Virus record (IMG/VR): IMGVR_UViG_3300036770_001972 | Location: 38,229 to 102,228 of that record | Direction: 5' to 3' (one strand) | Length of the DNA: 64,000 nt | Source of the DNA: a virus | Part shown: piece after piece, positions 46,885 through 54,787 of the stretch | Layout of the letters: each line of letters starts with the position of its first letter | How positions within the stretch are numbered: the first letter of the stretch is position 1 | The notes under the pieces: generated by a model | What the model saw: only the letters and a program-made list of their open reading frames with translations | Databases searched by the model: none | Told to the model about the DNA's origin: nothing | Made by a program: the position numbers and the translations under genes

Positions 46885-46913
46885 ATTGTACACCACAAAC
46901 GATGTGATGTCAA
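46885..46913 (-). promoter_or_regulatory. sigma70-type promoter for gp46
   Basis: TTGACA-N17-TACAAT. Confidence 0.8.
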
Positions 46914-46914
46914 G

Positions 46915-47028
46915 TCACTTGTTCCATGGCATCTTTGCAGAAAGCCACTTCCACAGAGGCGCACCGATCAGCGCACCCGCGACGAACATGAGGACGCTCC
47001 ACCACGCAGTACCTAGAATGTGTTCCAT
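46915..47028 (-). CDS. 37-aa single-pass membrane microprotein
   Basis: MEHILGTAWWSVLMFVAGALIGAPLWKWLSAKMPWNK; AAGGAG SD and late promoter CTAAATA at 47050-47056; not in the ORF track. Confidence 0.8.
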   Translation of the reverse strand: MEHILGTAWWSVLMFVAGALIGAPLWKWLSAKMPWNK

Positions 47029-47052
47029 TTGTGTTCTCCTTTCTACCTGTAT

Positions 47053-49278
47053 TTAGGTTGTGAAGTACTGGTTCGGCAAATGCCGTAGCACTTCCTTGTT
47101 CAAATGTGTTCGAAGCGCATCAACTGACACAGATGGCTTTAGTATTGTTTTCCCTGCCTGAAAAAAGATGGCGTATTGGCTGTTTTCGATAGTTCCCTGA
47201 TATACCGACTTCCAATCCGATATCTTTCCACCAATTGGACGGGTCATGATGAATGTCTTTTGGTTTGGTGATGATCGTTTGTAATTTCTCATGTCCAAAA
47301 TTAGAGAGTAGTCCATTTTCTCACCAATAGGAGCCGAACCTTCACTTTGCATCATTTCAAGTTGATTGCATCCCTGAACTAGAGTGGGCACTTCCGCCAA
47401 CGCACAGAAACAAGTGATGCAACCACCAAGTCCACAGGTGTTTAAACCACCTGGTGGATTTACTACCTCAACACATTGACATGAAGCACTAATATCCACC
47501 ACTCTTTTGCAAGAATCTTCCGCACAATCATCCATCATGTTCGAAACATCGATTGTATGGGTTGTTTCGCATGGACATTCGGCATATTCTTCGCATGCAG
47601 GGGTGCTTCTAGGTGTTCCTGTAATTCTCAAATTTCGGCATGGACATGTATTGCCTGGGACAGGTTCATATCGATAAACTTCTATGCAACAACAAGAGGC
47701 TGCTCCACCTTGAGTGCTATATGGATTTTCCGAATCTTCACAATCAACAGGACACTCACAATTACTTCCACCTAAAACTCTCTGTGTCCAATACTGCTCA
47801 CCATAAGCCGAATCACTACTAGACCTATTGGATGATTCTCTAACATCATAGGAAACTTCCATTTGATTCGGATCACGGGCACCGCGTATCCATCCATTCA
47901 AGTTTCCGCTATCCTGCACACCATTTCCCGCCAAATTCACGCTTTCGCGGATATCGTCAAGATAGCCAACGGTTCTCTTCGATGCGAACCTCAGCAACTC
48001 AGACTTCACGCACGGATCTGCAAATCCACTACCCGATGGTGCATATCCATCTTCGTAAGTGCCGCCGTACATCATGGTGGAGATCGCGTTTCGCGCACGA
48101 ATCTGCGAGTCATATCCAGTTTCTCCTGCGGATATGTCGCCTGTGCAAGCAATCTCAATCAATGATGGGGCGGGATCGAAGAAGACAAATCCATCTGAAG
48201 TACCATTAATCGCCGCTTGAATCATGTCATATCGATATGTCAGCGATGGATAGTAACCATCAGATGCATTTGCGGTTGTGCCTTCGTAAGATTCACCATC
48301 AATGTCCACATACTCCCCTGGTATACTTTCAGAGATCGTGTATTGAGATTCAGGATCGTCATATCTCGTCAGGGGGCGAGACGGATACATGGTAGAGATC
48401 ATTGGATAACTCTTCACCAACAAACTCTTTGCCTTTTCGGATGACAACTGACATAGCGTCTTGTTTCTCTGATAGTTTGCTTCGGGGTCATATCCAAATT
48501 CATAGAACGGAAGAGAATCTGCATACGGAACACGAATGTCGGGACATAGCCAGTTCACGGCACAGTTGTCAAAGACCATCTCCTGAATGCCGTCCGTGAC
48601 AAGTTGCTCATAGAACGAGCGCAATTCTTGTGGGGCATTCAGCCAGTTGTAGTAATCCGACCCGCTGCTTCCTGTTGGATGTTCGGGATCCCACCATGCA
48701 GGAGCCGTATAACCACCCGTGTTGGTCAGAGAGGGATCCCATGTGGGCGACTCACCTACGGGCGGGGCATACGCCATGACATAGGGAATGTGGGGCAACC
48801 CTGCGATAGCCCAATCGATGTTCGGGTATTGATTCTTTAGGAGTCCAAAGACTGCTTTGATGCTATTGACATACTGAGTCGAATCGGTTGCATCAACAGA
48901 TGCGGTTGACCCTCTTGTTGGGCCAGCAATTCCATCTCCAACAATCTTGATCCAATCAGGGGAGCCTCTGAGGTCGATTAGACCGAGTCCTTCTGAGGAG
49001 GCGGTGATCGGGAAGCGGCTCTGTACATAGCCTGTAATCGCCGCTGTAGCCCCTAGAGAGTGGGTGTAGTAAGTCAGCCCCTTGTCCGAGACAAACCACA
49101 CAGCGAGGTTCCCCGTGGCTCCTGCGCTGCGGCTAATGGTGTTGAAGAAGGCATCGACATGCTGACCGTAGATGCCATAGTCATTCTGTGGGAGCGAATA
49201 GGTAACGCCGCCCGAATTCACTTCGCTAGAGGCGAACGAATAGGCATGATTGTAAAGTTGATAGTAGTCGTTTGCCAT
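47053..49278 (-). CDS. hypothetical late protein: GH56/hyaluronidase-like barrel plus Cys-rich C-terminal region
   Basis: GLGLIDLR, LLKNQYPNIDWAIAGLP, NWLCPDI and AAINGTSDGFVFFD in GH56-like order, then a dense Cys cluster; late promoter at 49305-49311. Confidence 0.5.
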   Translation of the reverse strand: MANDYYQLYNHAYSFASSEVNSGGVTYSLPQNDYGIYGQHVDAFFNTISRSAGATGNLAVWFVSDKGLTYYTHSLGATAAITGYVQSRFPITASSEGLGLIDLRGSPDWIKIVGDGIAGPTRGSTASVDATDSTQYVNSIKAVFGLLKNQYPNIDWAIAGLPHIPYVMAYAPPVGESPTWDPSLTNTGGYTAPAWWDPEHPTGSSGSDYYNWLNAPQELRSFYEQLVTDGIQEMVFDNCAVNWLCPDIRVPYADSLPFYEFGYDPEANYQRNKTLCQLSSEKAKSLLVKSYPMISTMYPSRPLTRYDDPESQYTISESIPGEYVDIDGESYEGTTANASDGYYPSLTYRYDMIQAAINGTSDGFVFFDPAPSLIEIACTGDISAGETGYDSQIRARNAISTMMYGGTYEDGYAPSGSGFADPCVKSELLRFASKRTVGYLDDIRESVNLAGNGVQDSGNLNGWIRGARDPNQMEVSYDVRESSNRSSSDSAYGEQYWTQRVLGGSNCECPVDCEDSENPYSTQGGAASCCCIEVYRYEPVPGNTCPCRNLRITGTPRSTPACEEYAECPCETTHTIDVSNMMDDCAEDSCKRVVDISASCQCVEVVNPPGGLNTCGLGGCITCFCALAEVPTLVQGCNQLEMMQSEGSAPIGEKMDYSLILDMRNYKRSSPNQKTFIMTRPIGGKISDWKSVYQGTIENSQYAIFFQAGKTILKPSVSVDALRTHLNKEVLRHLPNQYFTT

Positions 49279-49326
49279 GGTACAGGTCTTGGAAAGGTTA
49301 CCTGTATTTAGCCCGACTGCTATTGT

Positions 49327-49797
49327 TCACTTTTTCTTGGATGTTCGGTTCTTGGAGTCCTCAACCAAGAGTTGTCCGAAGTTGATTACCTTTTCGACCG
49401 AGTTCCCGACACATTGACTGTTATAGATGATTTCAGCCAGTTCGCGCTCCTTGGCGTGTTCGTGCTTGTATCTCATCATCTCTTTCTTTGTGACGGGCTT
49501 TTCGTCATGCTTGAAGGTAATGTTCTTCAGGCTGACCAAGTCCTCAAGGTCATCGACTTCCTCCACATCCTTGTTGACGAACTCATCGTAGTCTAGGATC
49601 GGCTTCGTGAATGCCTCAGCCATCTGAGACCAACTCAGGAGGATTTCCGTGGCGTTTTCCCCATACGGCTCCACAGGTCTTTCCGTGATTCCGTTGGGTT
49701 CACCTTTTTGGTTGTAATAGGTTTCGTGGATGCCATAGGTGACAAAGTCTTGCAAACCTACGCGCTGAACACGCTTTACGAGGCGGTAATTCCACAT
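49327..49797 (-). CDS. conserved phage hypothetical protein
   Basis: MWNYRLV..YGIHETYY..GEP..P.GE..M.EAF.KPIL; AGGAGG SD before ATG 49797. Confidence 0.75.
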   Translation of the reverse strand: MWNYRLVKRVQRVGLQDFVTYGIHETYYNQKGEPNGITERPVEPYGENATEILLSWSQMAEAFTKPILDYDEFVNKDVEEVDDLEDLVSLKNITFKHDEKPVTKKEMMRYKHEHAKERELAEIIYNSQCVGNSVEKVINFGQLLVEDSKNRTSKKK

Positions 49798-49878
49798 GCC
49801 ACACCTCCTGTTGCCATCGGGATTGATGCACGGAAGCATCGCAGAAACAAGCCGATGACGGAAGTATTTAGACTATGG

Positions 49879-50481
49879 TCACACGCACTTCGAAAAGATC
49901 TCTTCCACCTTTTTGGGTAGGGTGGAATGGCTCTGCTGTCTGAATGAAGACGGCATCTTTCGAATGTAATAGGGGATCATCGGATCCTTTTTGAACTTGT
50001 CTAGTTCCTTCCGATGGATCTCCATGAGATGGTGGATATAGACATAGCAGTTTGCTTCCTGCTTGTAGCGTTCGATGTCTATGCCCAGTTGGTATTCCTT
50101 CATGACCTCCACGGCAATCATCTCACACTCGCGCTCCATGGCACGAACGGCATCAAACGCCTTGTGAACCCGCCGTGCTTCGTACTTCTTTCCGCGAAGC
50201 CAATCCTCTTGTATTGTCGCATAGTCGCCCATAGGGCCAAAGCAAAGGGAATACAGTCTGCTTCCCGAAAGCCATTGAATGAAATGGGAGTACTCATGCG
50301 CGAGGACTTCTATCCAACGAGGATTGCCCTTCGCTACACGGATTTGCTTCTCATCGAAGAAGCCGAAACATTTCACTCCGTCTGCGCGTACAAACCTACC
50401 GCGACTGAATACGAGTCTCATTCCGTATTCATTCAAGTCGTGTCTCACCGCCTTGACAAAATCCCTCTCGGCGGTTGACAT
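49879..50481 (-). CDS. HExxH metallopeptidase-like protein
   Basis: CFGFF..IEVLAHEYSHFIQW..MERECE zincin-type motif. Confidence 0.6.
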   Translation of the reverse strand: MSTAERDFVKAVRHDLNEYGMRLVFSRGRFVRADGVKCFGFFDEKQIRVAKGNPRWIEVLAHEYSHFIQWLSGSRLYSLCFGPMGDYATIQEDWLRGKKYEARRVHKAFDAVRAMERECEMIAVEVMKEYQLGIDIERYKQEANCYVYIHHLMEIHRKELDKFKKDPMIPYYIRKMPSSFRQQSHSTLPKKVEEIFSKCV

Positions 50482-50483
50482 CG

Positions 50484-50777
50484 TTAGAACCTCACGATTT
50501 CAGTTCCGTTTTCTTTGACAATGACTGTCTTGTTGTCGAACATCGACTTGCAGTTGGCTAGCACATCTCCCGTCATCCCTGAGAATGCCCGACATGCTGT
50601 CATGATGTTGTTGAGAGCATTCTTCCCCTTCTTACAGGAGCAAGTGTTGGGATTGGTATACACACTCATCAATGCGAAGAATGTTCCCATGGCACCGTGC
50701 GATGCGGGGGCTGCCCCACCCCTAGATTGAATGTGTCTATACAAAGCCTCCATGCTTTCAAATGTGATCTCATTCAT
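50484..50777 (-). CDS. hypothetical protein
   Basis: 97 aa with a CxC motif; overlaps the upstream gene. Confidence 0.65.
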   Translation of the reverse strand: MNEITFESMEALYRHIQSRGGAAPASHGAMGTFFALMSVYTNPNTCSCKKGKNALNNIMTACRAFSGMTGDVLANCKSMFDNKTVIVKENGTEIVRF

Positions 50778-51144
50778 CGGAGTCTTCTCCTATGCGCGAA
50801 AGGTATTTCTCTAAAGCCCTGAATCCCGAGTACTCAAGTTGGGATGCCATGTAAACCAACGGCGTGTATTCGAAGCCGCAGAAATAGGATGCGCCTATTG
50901 CTGCCCATGCACCCAAGCAGTATCTACAGGTAAGGAGATCAATCAAGAATCCTTCCCGCATGAACTGCATGAATGATGAGTAAGACCCCGTCCAGTTCCC
51001 CATTTTGAGATCGTGGTCATATTCCTTGATCAGGGTGATGAAGTTCAGGAATGGAAGTCTCTTCAGATATGAGTACACCACGCTTGTCTCGTAGAGCAAG
51101 AACAGAACCGTGGCAACCCAAAGTGATGCTAGAAAGACTTCCAT
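50770..51144 (-). CDS. membrane protein with CxxC (DUF1360-like)
   Basis: N-terminal hydrophobic helix and LLTCRYCLGAW motif; late promoter at 51158-51164. Confidence 0.6.
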   Translation of the reverse strand: MEVFLASLWVATVLFLLYETSVVYSYLKRLPFLNFITLIKEYDHDLKMGNWTGSYSSFMQFMREGFLIDLLTCRYCLGAWAAIGASYFCGFEYTPLVYMASQLEYSGFRALEKYLSRIGEDSDE

Positions 51145-51160
51145 AACGAACCCACTCTAT

Positions 51161-53125
51161 TTAGCCTGTCCGAGTCAGGTCAACAACCTCACACTTGTCG
51201 CCCGAGCAAGCAAATGTTTGATTCCCAACCGTGTTGTCTTCCTTTTCATAATTGGAAAGGAGACTCCAATCGGCATCCTTTGGCATCTTGGCGAGAAGGG
51301 TTTCATACTCTTCCTTTGTGCAGTCCTGATACGGAGCCTGACGGTAGGAGTGATCTGCATAGGGAAGGAACGAGATGCCCGACACCTCATCGAAGTGGGC
51401 ATACACCCACGCACCGACATCCATCCACTCGCTCTCCTTGACCGTTACCGTGATCGACGGCTTGTGTTCACACCAGTTGCGCTGATAGACAAGCCACAGG
51501 TTCAGGTGTTCGATGGCGGTCATGTCCTTGCGGAACACGGAACCATCGGGAGACTTCATCGGGAAGGAGAACACCGTGGTGTGTTCAGGCTTCATGACAT
51601 CGGCTTCATTGGGGAATCCCATCTCCTTCATCATCTGACACAGCGGATCCTTGTTATCGGCACGGACGGTGCGGACATAGTAAGGCGCATGACGGGCGTG
51701 AATGCCCGATGCGGCATCCGTCAACTGCGACACCGTTCCCGATGGCTTGACACAGGTAATCGCGGCAGACTGTTCAATGCCGATCCGATCTGCCCAATCC
51801 TTATTGGTATCGATTGCCAATTGACGCATTTCGGAAAGCAGCAGAGAAAGACCGAGTTCGTCATTCACCCCGCTGCCTGATCGTCCATTGGTCAACTTGC
51901 AGTCAAGGATGCCCGTCAGCGAAACGCCAAGAAGGGCTTCCTCGCGGCAGTTCTTTGCCCATTCCGAGGAGATGTATTGGAAGTTGGTCAAGGAGGCTTG
52001 CATCGTGCCGAGGATCGTGGCAAGGCGAACCTTGCGCTTCAGGCTTTCCTCTGTGTCATTCTCACGAACCACAACCTCAGTCAGATTGCAGAACTCGCGG
52101 TCGCGGAGGATGATCTCGCTGCATGGATTGGTTCCGAATGCATGATTTGCATCACGGCGATCCCCCAACTTGGCAACGGTCTTCTGCGCCGCAGCACGGT
52201 TGAAGATGCCACGCTCACCGCTCTTGGACTTGTAGAGCGACAGCCACTCTTCCATGAAGGTGCCGATCTCAGGCTTCTCCTTGTAGGCAACGCTGTTGTT
52301 TGCAAGTGCCCGTTGCGGGTTTGCTTCCCACCATGCACCACTCTTCGCATCGCGCATGCGCTCGTCCGTGAGATTGGAGAGGCTAATGAGTGCCGAGCGA
52401 CGAACGCCACCGACAACCACGATCTCAGCGATCTTGCAGACGATGTCGTGACATTCGATTGATGTCAACTTGCGCCCCGCAGCCTTCTTGAAGGTCTCCA
52501 CCGTGAACTGGAAAAGATCATTGAGGGGACGAGGGCCGCTAGCACGACCGCCGAATACCTTCAGTCGCGCACCCGCAGGACGAACCTTGGAGGTATCCCA
52601 CTTGGGGATCTGTCCGACGATCAGGAGAGAAACCAGTTCGCGGTATGCCTTTGCCCAACCCTGCTTAGAATCGGCAACGATGATCGTTGTATCTGTGTCG
52701 GAGAAATCCTCAGCAATCGTCGGCAACTTGTCAACGAACTCTCGCTCCACCGAGAAGCCAACTCCCGTACCACACATGAGGACATACAGAATTTCATCGA
52801 ATGCACGGACGCGGTTCACATGTGCATACGAGCAGTTGTATCCCGCGATGTTGTCGCGCTCAAGGGCTTCTCCTGCGGTCATGAGACAACGCATGGACGG
52901 AAGCACCTCAAGGTTGAGGACGGCGGCACGAAGTTCTTCGCGGGTCTCCTTGGGCAACTTGAAGTTCTGATTGTCCTTCAGATGCTTGTCGAAGAAGTTG
53001 AAGTAGCGATCAACAGTCTCCGTCCAAGTCTCGCGGCGACCAACATCGGGAAGCCACCGACTGTATCTGCTGAGGTGAATGAATTGCTGATACGCGGTCG
53101 GAAGGCTGTGCGGGTCGTTGCTCAT
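51161..53125 (-). CDS. nrdJ: class II (adenosylcobalamin-dependent) ribonucleotide reductase
   Basis: SRYSRW..RRETWTETVDRY, YNCSY, GTGVGFSVE, VVGGVRRSA, GTNPCSEI, TCVKPSGTVSQL, WCEHKPSIT and C-terminal CSGDKC. Confidence 0.93.
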   Translation of the reverse strand: MSNDPHSLPTAYQQFIHLSRYSRWLPDVGRRETWTETVDRYFNFFDKHLKDNQNFKLPKETREELRAAVLNLEVLPSMRCLMTAGEALERDNIAGYNCSYAHVNRVRAFDEILYVLMCGTGVGFSVEREFVDKLPTIAEDFSDTDTTIIVADSKQGWAKAYRELVSLLIVGQIPKWDTSKVRPAGARLKVFGGRASGPRPLNDLFQFTVETFKKAAGRKLTSIECHDIVCKIAEIVVVGGVRRSALISLSNLTDERMRDAKSGAWWEANPQRALANNSVAYKEKPEIGTFMEEWLSLYKSKSGERGIFNRAAAQKTVAKLGDRRDANHAFGTNPCSEIILRDREFCNLTEVVVRENDTEESLKRKVRLATILGTMQASLTNFQYISSEWAKNCREEALLGVSLTGILDCKLTNGRSGSGVNDELGLSLLLSEMRQLAIDTNKDWADRIGIEQSAAITCVKPSGTVSQLTDAASGIHARHAPYYVRTVRADNKDPLCQMMKEMGFPNEADVMKPEHTTVFSFPMKSPDGSVFRKDMTAIEHLNLWLVYQRNWCEHKPSITVTVKESEWMDVGAWVYAHFDEVSGISFLPYADHSYRQAPYQDCTKEEYETLLAKMPKDADWSLLSNYEKEDNTVGNQTFACSGDKCEVVDLTRTG

Positions 53126-53163
53126 TGTGTACTCCTGATGTTGAGATGCGAGGGTATTTAGAG

Positions 53164-53192
53164 GAACACCCGCTTGTTCAGGGCGGGTGTTC
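53164..53192. terminator. 10-bp stem-loop in the nrdJ leader (terminator or regulatory hairpin)
   Basis: GAACACCCGC-N9-GCGGGTGTTC, lying between a sigma70 promoter and a late promoter (53155-53161). Confidence 0.55.
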
Positions 53193-53220
53193 TTGTCAGT
53201 CGAACAGATTTATTGAGTGA

Positions 53221-53249
53221 ACTTTACACAAATGTGTCGTAAATGTCAA
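53221..53249 (-). promoter_or_regulatory. sigma70-type promoter for nrdJ
   Basis: TTGACA-N17-TAAAGT. Confidence 0.65.
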
Positions 53250-54772
53250 GGCCCTTCAAAAAGCCAATCGATCAAACAGGATGGGCGATAACCAAAATAC
53301 TGGCAATACGGCAACTGATCTACATCAGTAGAGCCTTGCGAGTCTTCGTTTTGACAAATCGAACAGAAAGTGGCTATACCACCCTTAGGGTTTGTAGGCA
53401 CACAATCCAATATAGTAACTCCCAACTCGGCAATAGAACCGCCGTTGTTTTCGTTGGATGGGTTGCAACCGAACCATTGAATGATTCTTGCATTTCCCGT
53501 GCTGCCATATTCAACATCATGGGAAACTTCATCCAAGTGAAACACAAAACCAAACCTTGAGATATCCGCGCCGCTTCCGCGATTGGTACATTGCGTGTCA
53601 AAAATCACATTTGCATTTCCGACAACATAGATGTGTTTCCATTTGTCGGTATTATTTCCCGCAGAAAGGAACGCATCTCTGTCCCAAAGAAACACATTTG
53701 GAATGATGAAAGTATATCCTGCTTGAGAAAGTAGAGCATCCGCAAGGGTCTCAAGGTAGTATCTAACATTCTGTTTATTGGTTCCAAGTTGATTTTCACT
53801 CGGATCCGCCGCAAACAAAGAGTCGATAGCACTTTTGACACTTGGGAAAAAATCGATGTAACTTGCCTCATCGCCGCCGTGCAAGTTGTACCAAACAGCA
53901 TGCACCAATGACCAAACAGAACAAGTTGGAACGGGGACAAATCCACCACCATTGTTAACATACGATTGTGGGTTAAAGCATTGAAAGGAGTAATATCCCG
54001 TTCCATTTGCACTAGAAGTGCTTGGTGGAGCGTAGTGCCCGATTCCGTCGTTTAATCGTGGAGAAAAGCAAGATTGATCGGTGCATGTGCCATTTGCACA
54101 GGGATAGGTTGACACGGGGTTTAAAGAAGACTGTCCACCAAATAGAGGAAGATCCAATACACTATTTGCGGCAGGCCAACTTCTTCCTGATATCGACAGT
54201 TCGTTTTGCTTGATACCACTTCCACCCGCGCTATCCCAAAATGCGGGAATAGTACCATCGCAAGATGGATCTGCTCCCCATCCAAAGTATTTGTATCTGT
54301 TTCTTCCGCTGATGACCATTGCTCTATCGGGAACGGAGAATGCATTGTACTTCATGCAAAATGCAGATCCCGTAATTTGCGCGGGGGATGCAGATGGGCT
54401 ATTTGGCGTTCTGTAATAATAGTTGTGTTTTACACCAGTTCGCTCTTCGAAATCGCAAATTCCGATGTTTTCGGGAGTTGAGTTGCTAACAACATAACAG
54501 TACATTGGAGAATTGATTCTCAATTCAACAGGTTCCAATGGATTTGATTGAATGCCCGATCCCAAAACGACCCCACCACCACACGGAGGCCCACCAATCA
54601 CGACATCTTCACAGAAATTGCTACAAATCTGCGTTCCTCCCACATTTGGATAGCATGTGCTAACACAAATCGTTGCGGTTTCATCGGGATCTGTGCAAGG
54701 AGGAGGTGGTGGTGGACAATCAGTAGTTCCTGAAAGTCTACGCGGAATAAGTTTGTGCCATGCGAATCCCAT
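53246..54772 (-). CDS. Cys-rich hypothetical protein (probably virion-associated)
   Basis: 508 aa, CPPPPPPC and many Cys at both ends; last gene of the fibre cluster. Confidence 0.7.
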   Translation of the reverse strand: MGFAWHKLIPRRLSGTTDCPPPPPPCTDPDETATICVSTCYPNVGGTQICSNFCEDVVIGGPPCGGGVVLGSGIQSNPLEPVELRINSPMYCYVVSNSTPENIGICDFEERTGVKHNYYYRTPNSPSASPAQITGSAFCMKYNAFSVPDRAMVISGRNRYKYFGWGADPSCDGTIPAFWDSAGGSGIKQNELSISGRSWPAANSVLDLPLFGGQSSLNPVSTYPCANGTCTDQSCFSPRLNDGIGHYAPPSTSSANGTGYYSFQCFNPQSYVNNGGGFVPVPTCSVWSLVHAVWYNLHGGDEASYIDFFPSVKSAIDSLFAADPSENQLGTNKQNVRYYLETLADALLSQAGYTFIIPNVFLWDRDAFLSAGNNTDKWKHIYVVGNANVIFDTQCTNRGSGADISRFGFVFHLDEVSHDVEYGSTGNARIIQWFGCNPSNENNGGSIAELGVTILDCVPTNPKGGIATFCSICQNEDSQGSTDVDQLPYCQYFGYRPSCLIDWLFEGP

Positions 54773-54787
54773 TACGATTCCTCTTTC

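Noticed and set aside
51161-53125. Intron or intein in nrdJ (also considered for uvsW, gp46 and gp47)
   Set aside because: The ORFs are continuous and of normal length, with no splice-junction or homing-endonuclease motifs.
53221-53243. NrdR box or cobalamin riboswitch upstream of nrdJ
   Set aside because: The dyad ACACAAATGTGT is shorter than and does not match the 16-bp NrdR consensus, and the leader is too short for a cobalamin riboswitch.
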